Shown here: in pieces, positions 1 through 12,109 of the stretch
Layout: the number at the start of each line of letters is the position of its first letter
Position numbering within the stretch: position 1 is the first letter of the stretch
Source of the DNA: Octopus vulgaris
Taxonomy: Eukaryota
Direction: 5' to 3'
Assembly (NCBI GenBank): GCA_951406725.2
Contig: OX597823.1
Span: 54,064,001-54,128,000 of the forward strand
DNA: 64,000 bases
Made by a program: the position numbers and the translations under genes
The notes under the pieces: generated by a model
What the model was told of the DNA's origin: nothing
Databases searched by the model: none
Seen by the model: the letters and a program-made list of their open reading frames with translations, nothing else

Positions 1-952
1 ATGATATCTGAAAATAAAAATATGAGCAGATCATCTGGTCACTATCTAATCAACTTAACTTTCCACATCCAATCACACCCTAACTCTTAAGTCCTTGTGC
101 AAAACTTTGCTCAGAACAGGTCAAGGGTTATTTTTTTCTATACCAACCAACTGAAACTGCCCCTGGTTTTACAATACAAAGTACTTATTTTAAAGTGATC
201 TAAATTTAAAACCTTATGTCAAAATTTCATATAAATTTATGCTCCAAACACTAGCTTAATATTGAGTTATTTGACTAAATACTGCATTATTCTTAAAATT
301 GATTGAAACAAAAGCAATATATTTTATAAAAGATATGGTGATGGAAGAGTTGGGCCTTCTTAATAGTGGCTTCACTCAAGTAATCCACTCACAGCTGTAT
401 TGGCAAAAGAAATACTATCTACAGCAGGTACAAGAAGTCACAAAGAGGGTAGCATTTAATCCCCTGTTGCAGCATCAAGAAAACCACCACCAGGACATCA
501 AAAGTGCTTTCGCGTATCACTTGACCTAAAAGCCCTGCTAACTTGATAAGGATCTCTTGCAACCTAACAGCATTCTCATATCTACCACTTGACAATCAAT
601 TTTGATCTGTAAATAACACCTTTGTAGATAAGGCTTTCTCACGCTCAATAAACAAAAACTCAAGCTCTCCTCTCTTAATCACCACATACATACAAATTAA
701 CTATGGTGATAAACCTCCAGTTGACGAATACGATCAGTCCTAACAGTGTTTCTTCAATTACTCCCAACAAAATATAAATCAAACTCTCTAGTCTTTCTTT
801 GGAGACTTATCACAAGGAAACACGTTACTGTTTAACTTACTCTCGTGACAACCAATCACAATGGCTCTATCACTCACTTTTAACATTTAAAAAATGGTGA
901 ATACAGTTAAATAACCACCCCTTTCTATCGCACCAAATCTTTCTTTTCTCCT

Positions 953-1267
953 TATGAGAGCTCAAAATCTCTCGTGGAAGCGTCATCTAACCAAAGTACA
1001 AATATATGGGAAATTACCACCTGTATCATCTCTCGTGAAAGGTAGAAGAGTCCAGTTTGCTGGACATTGTTGTAGAGCTGAAAACGAGATAATTTCTCCC
1101 CTGGAAGCCGTCTGCTCGCGATACCAGAGGGCGCACACTCTCCTACCCTGATGTAATCTCCAAGGATACAGGCATCCGGCAACAGGACCTCCGCTATGAT
1201 TGACCGTGAGGTCTGGGGTAACATAGTAAATCCATTGTCTCGACCACGGTCGAACAATGATGATGAT
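953..1267 (+). mobile_element. RTE-like non-LTR retrotransposon, 3' fragment
   Basis: Translates to RAQNLSWKRH..IYGKLPPVSSLVKGRRVQFAGHCCRA..GRTLSYPDVIS.DTG..AM.DREVW, typical of an RTE-like ORF C-terminus. Ends in a (TGA)n tail. A closely similar copy lies at 9697-10083 (-). Confidence 0.75.
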
Positions 1268-1712
1268 TTCGTATTTGGAAAAAAACAAACAAACCTATCT
1301 AGACGTATAAAAGAAAACAAAAAAACAATAGTCACTCGAAGTGTTTTCCATCATCGATCTGCTCAATTAGAGCTAACCTGAAGTTAAACAACAACAGTAC
1401 ATTTACTATAGATCGAAATTTACTGGGTAAAATCGTTCGAAACGTTCAGAGAGAAAGAGATCAACCTCCACCGCAAGCTTTCTTCCACTGACGGAAAAAT
1501 AATTCTTTTGAAATGAGTTATTTCCCTTACATAGTGAAACGTTTTCAACCTGAGTTGCTAGATTACGCTACTTATCAGGATTGTGTACTCAGTGGCCCAG
1601 CAACAAAATTTGCTAAGGGGGTGCAAACCCAGGTCCTAATTCTTTTAATGAAAAATGTGGATTTTTCCAATGTTAACATTAAAACAAATGCTGGTATAAT
1701 AATTTTTATTAT

Positions 1713-2070
1713 TATGAGGGTCGGCTGAAATGTTCATAATCTGAGCAAGACACTCTCAATGGAATGTGACCTAATGAAGTTCATTTTCTAACATAGTTCC
1801 TCTTACTGTCCACACACTTCCATTAGTAGTTGCAGTGCTTGGGTCGCACTGGTGAAGAAGCTTTTCTGTTGATCAAAATGGTCATCAACAACAGATAAGC
1901 TGTTCTCATCATAGTGATACTGGTGCTCAGCTGAGTGTTTTTCTATGTTGGGAAACAGATGATAACCAGAAGGAACCAAATCACTAACATAGGGAGCATG
2001 ATCAACGAGTTCAAAGCCAGTCACACACAGCAGCCATTGAAACCAAGGACTTGTGTGCTGAAGCATTGTC
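1713..2070 (-). mobile_element. mariner transposon remnant (transposase C-terminus and one TIR)
   Basis: ELVDHAPYVSDLVPSGYHLFPNIEKH is a degenerate HPPYSPDLAPSDYHLF motif. A TA-preceded TIR-like end TGAGGGTCGGCTGAAA is at ~1715. Confidence 0.75.
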
Positions 2071-2534
2071 CTAATGAAACAAGACCCATTCATCAATTTT
2101 TCTGGATGTTTGGTCTTGATAGCCTTTCATAACTGCCTTAGGAAGTTGGTATTGAAATTTTCCATTGATGGTGGGATCATTTTGAAGATAACCAATAAAC
2201 ACAATATTTTTTGCATTAATGCATAGTATATATAATAATGTGAAGTATATTTTGCATGTTAAAATGTTTAATTTTGGAAATGTATCAAGCAGAGCTAAAA
2301 TAAGCAGTAAAAATACAAATTGCAAGTATTTCAAAATGTGGGACACCACAGGACAAAAACTAACAAAAAAAAAAAAAAGGAAGAAAATAGTGGTGCTTGT
2401 GTTCCAAAGGTACAATGAGAAGGCTCAGGAGAAGGATAGAGAGATGGGCTAGAGGGAAGGAAGTTAGAAGGAAAGAAAAGAATGAAAAGTGAAAAGATAA
2501 ATTGGGGATCTGAAATGAGTACTAGGCAGGAAAT

Positions 2535-2725
2535 TGGCCCCTGTGCCGGTGGCATGTAAAAACAGCACTCACTACAATCTCAGAGTGGTTGGCGTTAGGA
2601 AGGGCATCCAGCTGCAGAAACACTGCCAGATCAGACTGGAGCCTGGTGCAGCCTCCTGGTTTACCAGACCCCGGTCGAACCATTCAACCTATTCTAGCAT
2701 GGAAAATGGACATTAAACGATGATG
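2535..2725 (+). mobile_element. SINE / RTE-related 3' module with (GAT)n tail
   Basis: Contains the GGTTGGCGTTAGGAAGGGCATCCAGC motif and ends AGCATGGAAAATGGACATTAAACGATGATG. A related tail fragment is at ~16570-16635. Confidence 0.55.
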
Positions 2726-3179
2726 TCTTACCTATGCACTGGTCAAGTAGAAAAACAATGAGTGACAAAAAATTGGATTGTCTTTTGGTACCAAAAAAGT
2801 GAAGAAAGAGAGTAGAGAAGGTTAGGGAAGAGCAAGTAGGAAGAAAGAGAGAGGGTGGAGAAATAAGGGAATAAAGACAGACAGTAGGTAGTTGACAGAG
2901 ATGGACAGAGGAAGAAATGGAAGGCAGTAAAGAGAGAAAAGCAGCAGATAGGTAGAGAGGTAGATAGAGGGGAGAGGAGAAGGACAGAAAAATAGATAGA
3001 AAAGAGAGACAGTCTTGCACCAAATATTGAACACTGAGTGGGAACAGAAGTGAGTGTGTGACATTACATTGACTAACAGACCTAAAATATTGCACAGAAA
3101 GTCAACAAACACACATATATAATGATAAAGGAAATTGTTGTATACACTGCTTAGGTGCACTACAACTAAAAGGAAAAAA

Positions 3180-3960
3180 AATGGAAGTTTTGAAGGATGT
3201 AGTGTCTTGACAGCTAACAACTGATGCAGGTGGTTTATTCCATGCTTCTGCAATTCTGAGCATGAAAAATTGTTTCCGAAAGTCATGGGTGCTGTGTTGT
3301 TTTTTGATTTTATAAGCATGTCCGTGAGTGTTTGTCATATGGAATTCAAAAAGGTACCCAAGGTTATTGTTGGAAAAATGGTGGATAATCTTGTGGGTGT
3401 CAATCAAGTCAGTTGCCAGACGTCTGGGCTTCAATGTATCCATGCCCAGGAATGTAAGACGTTTAGAGCATGGTAGATGTCTGACAGTGGGTATTTGCTT
3501 TGTTGCACATTTCTGAACAGTTTCCTGGAGATTTATATGCTGAGAAAGAGAGGCGTTCCAGACTGGTGATGCAAATTCCAAGTGTGGACATACCATTGTT
3601 GTATACAATTTTAAATAGATAACTGGAGAGTGGCTGACAAAGGTCTTACTGAGTGATGCTAGCACCACCTCAGCCTTTTTGACAATCTTAGATATGTGGT
3701 TTGTCCAATGCAGATTGTTGTTTACAATAATACTCAGAACATGTCCACCAGAAGACTTCTTGAGATTGGTGTTGCTGAGGGATTATGTAAAAGCTGGATT
3801 TTTGCTCCCAAAATGCATGATGACACACTTGTCTACAGATAGCTTGAGTTGCCAGTCAGAGGTCCACTGCTGCAGTGTATCCAGATCTGATTGCAGAATA
3901 GTATATGCTCTTTTTATTTCAAGGTAGAGCTTGGTATCATCTGCATATTTCAACTCTAAA
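3180..3960 (-). mobile_element. CR1/L2-group LINE ORF2 3' fragment (degenerate reverse transcriptase)
   Basis: Motifs KYADDTKLY, LQSDLDTLQQWTSDWQLKLSVDKC, LYTTMVCPHLEFASPVWN, LETVQKCATK and RKQFFMLRIAEAWN. Confidence 0.85.
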
Positions 3961-4105
3961 CTTTCCAGGAAGTTTTCGACCAAATTTCCCGGAAGTGAGA
4001 AAATCCTCGGAACTTTCCAGGAAGTTTTCGACCAAATTTCCCGGAAGTTAAAACATCCTCAGAAGTTTTCGACCAAATTTCCAGGAAGTTAGAAATTCCT
4101 CGGAA
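3959..4105. repeat. ~52-bp minisatellite, about 3 units
   Basis: Repeated GGAAGTTTTCGACCAAATTTCCCGGAAGT..AAAATCCTC at the 5' truncation point of the CR1 fragment. Confidence 0.8.
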
Positions 4106-4263
4106 CCATCAGCAGTGGTTGGCCAACAAATAAAAAACCTAATTTTAGAAGGGTTGCTCGAGAATCAAAACGGGATCTTCTAGCTTTCGACGATGCAGCA
4201 TCATAGCCTACAGCATCGGCTCCACCATGCTGGTTGTTGAAGTATTCTTGTAGCTTAGCTTCA

Positions 4264-4401
<138 letters not shown>

Positions 4402-4780
4402 TCAATATGATTAAATTATTATCTGAAAAAAAGAAATAAAAAAATATGGATAAGGTCGACTGGAAGAAAAACGGGGAATCTAACGCACTGACAATAATAC
4501 AATTAAGTCCAAGAATAAGTGTAATAATAATACTATTAATAAAAAAAACAAAAACTGGGCACACGTATAACCACAGCGACGGCTGCTGGCTTCCAATTCC
4601 CTAATCTAACTGCAGGCTTTAAGCTAGGCTAGACCAATTTAACCTGAACCCACAAAATATGGTTAAAAAAGCGCTATGTTACTTACAATTATATAATATT
4701 CTAATTGTTATCACAACGTTAATTTCACATGTACTTCATATATTTCCATAATTAATAGGTCTTTAATAAAGACACCTTTC

Positions 4781-5196
4781 GGATCTTTTCAGTTTGAACG
4801 GCAGTTTTTAACATAATTTCTAGGTAACTAAAAAGTTTTAAACTTCGTTTACTGGTAGAATGTGTTTATAAAACATCCTTTTCTCTTGGCTTTATTGAGA
4901 AAATTCTATAGTTTGTATGATATTTGTTGTTTTTTCTGCTTCAATTTCTGCAATTCCAACCAATCAATTACGTCCATTGAGGTAAAATCATTCTGTGCCG
5001 TATGAATATGTCCCTCATTTAAGAAACAGATTGGGTTTATTTACATTTCTGAAGAAAAAAAGATACCCTCCCCCCACTCCTAACCCTAACTCTAAAACAG
5101 ATTGAAATGCAATAGATCGATACTAGGGTCATAATTATGGGTGACAATTTCATATGACACCGCTAAAAAAAACTGCCGTTCTAACCGAAAAGATCC
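4781..5196. mobile_element. MITE with GG-starting TIRs and 8-bp TSD (Merlin- or MULE-like)
   Basis: TIRs GGATCTTTTCAGTTTGAACGGCAGTTTTT / AAAAACTGCCGTTCTAACCGAAAAGATCC. TSD CACCTTTC at 4773-4780 and 5197-5204. Confidence 0.85.
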
Positions 5197-5624
5197 CACC
5201 TTTCCCACAAAATGAACAGATAACAAAGTTATCGCAATCAGCCGTTTAGGTAAATAAATTTAGAAACTGTCGTGAAACAATATTCACGACTGAATTTACG
5301 ACAAATTATTTGCAAAGTAAATTGCTAATCGCTTTGTTAATGTAATTTTCACAAGCATGTGTGATCAAAGGTGTCCCATATGCTGTACTTTCACGACTAT
5401 CGTTTTTGGCACTTGGCTATTGTTGGTTGCAAATCGATTTGTTAACGTATTCTTCTGGGGGTAGCCAGGTATCACGATATATTTCCCCCTTTTCTTGACA
5501 AAATATTTAGGTTTTCTCTTACAATTTGTTGCAAGAGAAAACGGAGAAACCACCGGAGAGTATTATACAAATAAGGTGCCTGGCTGCAAGGCTGGACACA
5601 CGCACTTCTCTGGAATGCTGTCTT

Positions 5625-5647
5625 GCACCCCTGGTTGGGAAACACTA
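5625..5647 (-). mobile_element. hAT (Charlie/Buster-like) terminal sequence
   Basis: Reverse complement reads TAGTGTTTCCCAACCAGGGG, resembling hAT termini. The other end was not identified. Confidence 0.35.
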
Positions 5648-5994
5648 ACTTAGAGAATGTGGGAGGTGAATGAGGTTAGGCGATAGTTAACTGCAACAGA
5701 CTTCTTTCTCTTTTTTGAAGACCAGAATAACGGAGTGACTTAAGAACTATTTCGGTAAAAAGACTGCATGTAAAGAGCTACAATTTTCACAGAATTCTAG
5801 GGTTCTTTTGTACCCACTTTTAGAACTGAAGGTCAATTTTAAAATTAATATTTAATTTCCATTTATTTAGAAAACCAAGTTTTCATGATTTTCAGTAAGA
5901 AGTACTCTCCCTTGCACTGATGTGCTAGTCAAAGTCGTGGCTATTGATTTAAGTCTTCGTCAGACCTAATCTAGAATTCTAGCTATTAGCTTTT

Positions 5995-7070
5995 TATCTT
6001 TTACTTGTTTCACTCATTTGACTGCGGCCTTTATTTTATTTTATCAAATTGGCCATGAAGGCCTTACAGAGAAGCAATGCGGGTTGGAAATATACATTAA
6101 TGATATGAAAATGACAAATAAGAATGATGTAAATGGGAAGGGTATTCGACGCCCGCAGACCGAACCCCCTTCGAAATCACAGGTTTTTTTATTACATAAA
6201 AATCAAAAAGTCAATCAAGCATCAAAAATAAACTATCACTTTTCCTTTCTTCCTCCTTCCGGACCCCCAGTCAAGTATCTAGCAGAGCAGACCGCGTTGA
6301 CAACCGGGGTTCAGAAAGAAGAAGGCGAAGTGCCTTTTATCAAATGTTTGTGTTACACAGTGCCACAATTTATAACTCACCCTCAACATCGCTTGTGCCC
6401 GCATCCTCTGCCATCCTCCACGCCTCATTCAAGATCAAAGCGGGTTCCGTGTCGCCGTCGCCCGGGTACAAGCGATATTGCTCATTGAGTTCCTCCAGCC
6501 TAAACGTCACGTCCAACGTTATGACCTCCACAGCTATCTGCGGAGGCCATTCGGGATCCTGTGTGCAGGCTAAAGGTGCTCCCTTATGGTGCTTTTTCAC
6601 CACTTTTTCAACCTCCTTTTCAACCATTTGAGTGCGGCCTTGCTGAGGCACTGCCTTGAATGCTTTAGTCGAATAAATCGATCCCAGTATTTATTTTTAA
6701 AATGAACAATAGTGTACAGTAAGATTCATGATAAGTCCGAGAAGTGTAAAGTTCCATACACCTTGTTTGTTGTTCTGTCTGTTGTTTTTTAGTACATTTA
6801 CACCACCTGCTTATTTTAAAGCCTGTTATTTGTTCTATCGGTTTTTATGCCGAACCGCTAAGTTACAGGCAAGTGTATGAAACCAATAACGGTTGTCAAG
6901 CGGTGTGGTGGGGCACAAGCACGCACACACATACGACAGGCTTCTTTGAGTTCTTTCTACCAGAACTCAGGCTTTGGTCGGTAGGGGCTATAGTTGAAGA
7001 AACTTGCCCAAGGTGCCATGCACTGGAACTGAACCCGGAATCATGTTGGGAAGCAAGCTTCTTACCACAA
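5995..7070 (-). mobile_element. tRNA-derived SINE (octopus OR-like family), interrupted by an insertion
   Basis: Reverse complement of the family at 14635-15040 (TTACTTGTTTC..CATTTGACTGCGGCC / GCCGAACCGCTAAGTTAC / CTTGCCCAAGGTGCC). Split by the 6031-6632 insert. Confidence 0.75.
6031..6632 (-). mobile_element. 5'-truncated non-LTR retro-insertion with ORF1-like fragment and A-rich tail
   Basis: Flanked by direct repeat TGCGGCCT (6023-6030 and 6633-6640). The minus strand ends with a GGCCTTCATGGCC hairpin followed by GATAAAATAAAATA. ORF 6370-6651 loosely resembles Tx1 ORF1. Confidence 0.55.
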
Positions 7071-7699
7071 ACCTTACGTTATCAGAAAAGAAGAGGAAAA
7101 ATTTCCATCGCCTCCCAAAACAGACAGACAGACGGACGGACAGAGAGACAGACACACACACACATATATATAGAGAGGGAGAGAGTGGTAGATGGCAGAA
7201 TCAGTAGGCTGTTGGGTTATCATGACGATAGAAAATGTAACAAAATTCTGCAGCGGTTAAAAAGGAAGGGAATCAAATCTGGAGCGTCTACATGGTTGCT
7301 ATCAAATGACTGGAACTCATAGATGATCATACATAGAGAAATTATGTATGTACATACATGGAAATGACGTGTGTGTCAAATAACCGTTTAAATTTAAGAG
7401 TTACCTCCCTTGCCTTGTTAGGCAGAGACGCTTTCGCAGCTCGAGATGTAATTTGCTTGTAAAGAAAGTGAACTCTTATGTTGATGGGACGCTATTACCG
7501 AAGGTCAACGAAGAAGCACTTTATTAATATTATTATTTCTTTTACATGTTATCAATATCGTATAATACCACTTAAAATCGAAGACTTTATCTATATGTGC
7601 ATTTACAGATATTTCGACATCTTCAGAAAGGAAACTGATTTCGTGATGAAACTAAAAACGCAGTGTATAGTATGGAATCCGTCTCTGTTACATCGACCG

Positions 7700-8085
7700 T
7701 TTATCCTTAACTTGTTTCTGTTATTTGACAGCTGCTATGCTGCAGTACCACCAAGTCGAACAAATGGACTTTTAAAAAAGTTTGGTACTTATCCTATTGG
7801 TCTCTTAGCCCAGCTGCAGGGACGTAAACAAATCGACAACGGTTGTGGAGCGGTGACTGAAGTCAAACACTTAACAGAAAGACACGCACATATAGACACA
7901 CACACATACACGCACACGCACAGAGTCGATGGGTTTCCTTCAGTTTCCGTCTACCAAATCCATTTACAAGGATTTGGTCGGCCCATAATTATTGTTGTAG
8001 AAAACGCATGCCCAGGGTGTCACATAGTGGGACTGAACCCAAGACCCCATGGTTGGGAAGCAAGTATCTTACTCACACAGCTATT
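7700..8085 (-). mobile_element. degenerate OR-like SINE
   Basis: Matches the SINE family motif CTTCAGTTTCCGTCTACCAAATCC...GGGACTGAACCC. Confidence 0.65.
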
Positions 8086-8124
8086 TAGAATATTTACTTA
8101 TAATATTCATAATATGCATTAGTG

Positions 8125-8320
8125 AAGCGGCGAAATGACAGAATCGTGAAAACGTCAGACAAAATTCTCAGTGATATTTCATCGGTTTTTACGTTCTGAG
8201 TTCAAATCTACCGAATTCGACTTTGCCTTTCATAAGTACTAGTTGAACACTGGGATCTATGTAATCAACTAACCCATCCCCCAAATTTTAGGCCACGTAC
8301 CAATTGTAAGAAAGGATTAA
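8125..8320 (+). mobile_element. degenerate Nin-domain tRNA SINE (old-tail type)
   Basis: GCGGCGA..CAGAAT head, B-box-like GAGTTCAAAT, and CGACTTTGCCTTTCAT core. Confidence 0.6.
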
Positions 8321-9696
8321 TAAGCTTTAGTATAGACCAGTTATAGGCAATCTGTGACACGCGGACCTTCTGAATGATACGACCACAAAAAAATTACCCT
8401 AATTCTTTTTAGTAGCGCGGCCCACCTGATGATGGACCTTATTTCATGCGTTTCGCTTCTCGGAAAAGGTTGCTTCTTGTGCCTAATGTAGATCGATTGC
8501 TTGTAGCTTTGTTAAGCTGTACGCAAACAAACTAGTGGAGACGAGAATACATTTATCAAAGGTTTATTACTTTACGTACGTCAGGGCTTAAATCGTCAGT
8601 TTAGTTCACTCAGATACGTTTCACACTCACTGTTGACATTCTTCTGTTTTCCTTCTATCGAAAGTCCCTGCTGACCAACTTCCTAGCTAGCCCGCAGTGA
8701 AGTTTCTGTCATTGGAAACGGGAAGGCGTTTTAATTATCCTGCTCATGCTTGTGGTTACTCGATTCTTTGGTGACTATTCCATGTCAAAGGTTGGTGTGA
8801 TCTATCTAGGACGGCTCTGTTTGGTGGTTGAGCCACCTGAACGGGGCTGTCAATATCGAGATGGGCCGGTTTCAATCTATCGATGGAGACCGTCTTGTCG
8901 TCCGCCAATTAGGAGTTTATTATCTCCCGGATGTGTGACTTGATATGGACCATCGTAGGGTGACTGGAGGGGTCTTCGTCGTGTGTCACGTCGAACGAAC
9001 ACAAAGCTAGCCGTGCGGAGGTCATTTGGTACGGATGATCTGGGTGTACTGTGTGTCGATATGAGAACAGGGCACAACTGGCCGACGCTGTCTCTCAGTT
9101 GAGCGAAGTACCTTTTGACATCTGAGTCTGACTTCGTATTCGGAAGGAACTCTCCTGGCACTGTAAAGGGAGCACCGTACACCATTTCCACGGAGGAAGT
9201 GTTGAGATTTTCTTTTGGGGGTAGTGCAGATTCCCGGCATCACGCATGGGAGTTGGTCAATCCAATTTGGCCCGTTAAGCCTGGTTGTCAGGGATTCCTT
9301 CAGGCAGTGGTGAAATCTCTCCACTAATCCGTTGGCCTGTGGGTGGTAGGCTGTTGTGCGGTTCATTGTGATTCCAAAAAGGTCACACATGTCATTCTAC
9401 ACCTTTGAGGTGAATTGGGATCCCGATCGGATGAGATGCTATCTGGGACACCGAAACGGTCGACCCAGTTTACGATGAGGGCTCGGCTGAACTCTTGTGT
9501 TTCCGTGCTTCAGGCCAACGGGTGTAGCGGTCTACCATGGTCAGTAGATACAAGCAACCGTGTGAAGGTGGTAGGGGGCCGACATGGCTGAATCGGGCCT
9601 GAGGTGGTTCATAGTTGCCGAGGGGTGCTTTGGTGTGTTGATGGCCATAACGTGCCAGATAAACTTGCTTGACAGCAGCTGCCGAGTGGCTTTAGT

Positions 9697-10083
9697 CATC
9701 ATCATCATTGTTCGACCGTGGTCGAGACAATGGAATTTACTATGTTACGCCAGACTTCACGGTCCATCATAGCATTACGGAGGTCCTGTTGCTGGATGCC
9801 TGTATCCCTGGAGCTTACATCAGGGTAGGAGAGTGTGCGCCCTCTGGTATTGCGAGTAGATGGCTTCCAGAGGAGAAGAGTAGAAATTACTTCTTTTTCA
9901 GCTCTACAACAATGTCCAGCAAACTGGACTCTCCTACCTTTCACAAGAGATGACACAGGTGGTAATTTCCCATATATTTGCATTTTGGTTGGATGGCGCT
10001 TCCACGAGAGATTTTGAGCTCTCATAAGGAGGCGAGTGTAGGTTCCATCCAACCGCCTCTCAGGCTTCTTTGATAACGTCCAT
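9697..10083 (-). mobile_element. RTE-like LINE 3' fragment inserted in the Gypsy integrase
   Basis: WTLSKKPERRLDGTYTRLLMRAQNLSWKRHP...AMMDREVWRNIV with an (ATG)n tail. TSD GTGGCTTTAGT at 9686-9696 and 10321-10331. Confidence 0.85.
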
Positions 10084-10801
10084 CTAGGTGTCCGCCACTT
10101 TCGGTAGTTCCTTGAAGGCTGCACGTTTACAGTATTCACGGATCACAAATTACCTTTGCTATGAGGAAGCTCTCGGAGCCTTGGTCTGCACGCCAGCAAC
10201 GACAGCTATCGGCAATTTCTGAGTACACCACAGACATCCAACACATAGCCGGCAAGGGCAACCGAGTTGCCGACGCACTCTGCTGTGCTCCTACCCGCAC
10301 TCACACCTACCTAGCTTTAGGTGGCTTTAGTACCTGGGTGGGAAAGTCCGTGAATGATGTCGAAAACTTTCTTGGGCCAAGCTGATGGGACGATCGATCG
10401 TGGCTTTCCAGTGGATACATCACACAGCAGGGTTGTGCTGTTAGAGCCAAAGCGTACGTCCAGCAAAGAAGGTGATGTGATGGCTTTGCGGTAAGCCCTG
10501 ATCACGTCATCTGCCTGTTGGGTTGCGGCCATAGCTTCGTAATCCAAGCCTTCCGTTATTGGTGCTAGGTAGGTGTGAGTGCGGGTAGGAGCACAGCAGA
10601 GTGCGTCGGCAACTGGGTTGCACTTGCCAGCTATGTGTTGGATGTCTGTGGTGTACTTAGAAATTGCCGATAGCTGTCGTTGCTGGCGTGCAGACCAAGG
10701 CTCCGAGAGCTTCCTCATAGCAAAGGTAATTTGTGATCCGTGAATACTGTAAACGTGCAGCCTTCAAGGAACTACCGAAAGTGGCGGACACCTAGATGGA
10801 C
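10078..10801. repeat. ~240-bp near-perfect inverted repeat (10078-10315 / 10563-10801)
   Basis: Both arms encode MRKLSEPWSARQQRQLSAIS.YTTDIQHIAGK.N.VADALCCAPTRTHTYLA on opposite strands. Confidence 0.9.
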
Positions 10802-11384
10802 AGACTATAGTTCCCTGTCAAAAGCACTGTATTTCTGTTTAGGGGGTCGTAGTTGTCGGCTGAAGAAGGCGAGCGATCGCCACTGACTGTTGATGCGTTA
10901 TTCCAAAACGCCCACAACAGCCGTGTCGGATGCGTCAACTGTGGGTGCAGTCTAAGCTGACATGTGAGGATGGGACAGCATGGTTGCTTGGTCCAGGGCT
11001 TGTTTTGTGGATTCGAAGGCTGAAGTCATTGTACTATCCCACTCCACCTGTCTTTTTGAACCCTTTTTTAACAGTGCCTTGTATAGGGGTCTCATCACTT
11101 TTGTAGCAGAAGGGATGAAGCGATGGTAAAAATTTACCATGCACACGAATTAAGGTAGAGCCTTGCTTGTGGTGGGGCGTGGAAAGGATAGGATAGCTTT
11201 TATTTTTTCTGGTAGGGGTGTAACGCCGGCACTTGTGATTCGATGTCCCAAGAAGTCGATTTCTGCTGCACCAAAAACGCACTTGGCGAGGTTGATTACT
11301 AAACCATACTGTTCCAACCTATCAAAAAGAGTCACTAGGTGCTTCTTATGTAGCTCTGCGTTTGGGCCTGCAATAAGGATGTCA

Positions 11385-11600
11385 CGGAAAGCGGAGCCAA
11401 CCTTTAACAGCCGTCAAAGAGTCCACAATCAAGGCATACGGTCGTGACACCCTTTCTCTCAACATCGGCTCACAAAAATACACATGGGTATTCACCATCG
11501 CCAATGTCCATTAGCCCATAATCGGTGTAGACTTTCTTCGAGCACACTTGCTACCGGTGGAATTGCAGGGAAGACGAATCCTCGACAACAACACATACGC
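11385..11600 (+). pseudogene. Gypsy protease-region segment, inverted relative to the rest of the element
   Basis: Plus strand reads LTAVKESTIKAYGRDTLSLNIGSQKYTWVFTIANVH*PIIGVDFLRAHLL, matching the retropepsin C-terminal PIIGxDFL motif. Confidence 0.75.
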
Positions 11601-12109
11601 TTCTGTGCTGTTGTTCCATCGTCGGGGTCACTCTCTCTCTCTATATAGATATATATCCCTCGCTTGTAATAGGAGATAGAAAACCGTTACAATCAGTAAA
11701 TTGGTAAACAAAGGCAACAATACCGTTTGAGGCTTGACCGAGTCATCTCCCTTATGACTTCAGTGGCGAAATGGGAATCTCCATTTCGAGTTTGTGGGGC
11801 CTTTTTTTCGGCTCTAATCGACGAATGGGAAATCCCACTGATAAAGCAGGTAGCGTTTGAAAAGTGGGTATAGGCTATAAATCTCGTTTTTAGAATTTAC
11901 AATAAGACTGAGTTTTTATGAATCCTTGCTCGCTCAGCTATGCAAAGTTTGCATCGTCTGCTCCTGTTTATGTCGGGACTCGGCTGCTCTATGATCTTCC
12001 ATTCAATTCCATAAGGCGCCATATTTGGTGTGACGTATCGTCTTTCTGGGATATATACATATATATACATGAATGTACGTATGCGTCAGTGTGTGTGTGT
12101 GCGTATTTT

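Larger units (their letters stand above)
8760..11631 (-). mobile_element. Ty3/Gypsy LTR retrotransposon remnant (RT, RNase H, integrase; rearranged)
   Basis: RT: DILIAGP..LFDRLEQYGLVINLAKCVFG..IDFLGH. RNase H: VDASDTAVVG, KYSAFDREL, FTVFTDHK, HIAGKCNPVADAL. Integrase: HGLSHPGTKATRQL, TTAYHPQANGLVERFH, LQSPYDGPY. tRNA-Trp-type PBS GTGACCCCGACG at 11620-11631 (-). Confidence 0.9.

Noticed and set aside
299-900. ORF ending HQDIKSAFAYHL, faintly like a Penelope GIY-YIG C-terminus
   Set aside because: Too degenerate, with no catalytic motif or pLTR identified.
5078-5095. CCTAACCCTAAC telomere-like motif
   Set aside because: Only about two units, internal to a MITE. Not an interstitial telomere array.
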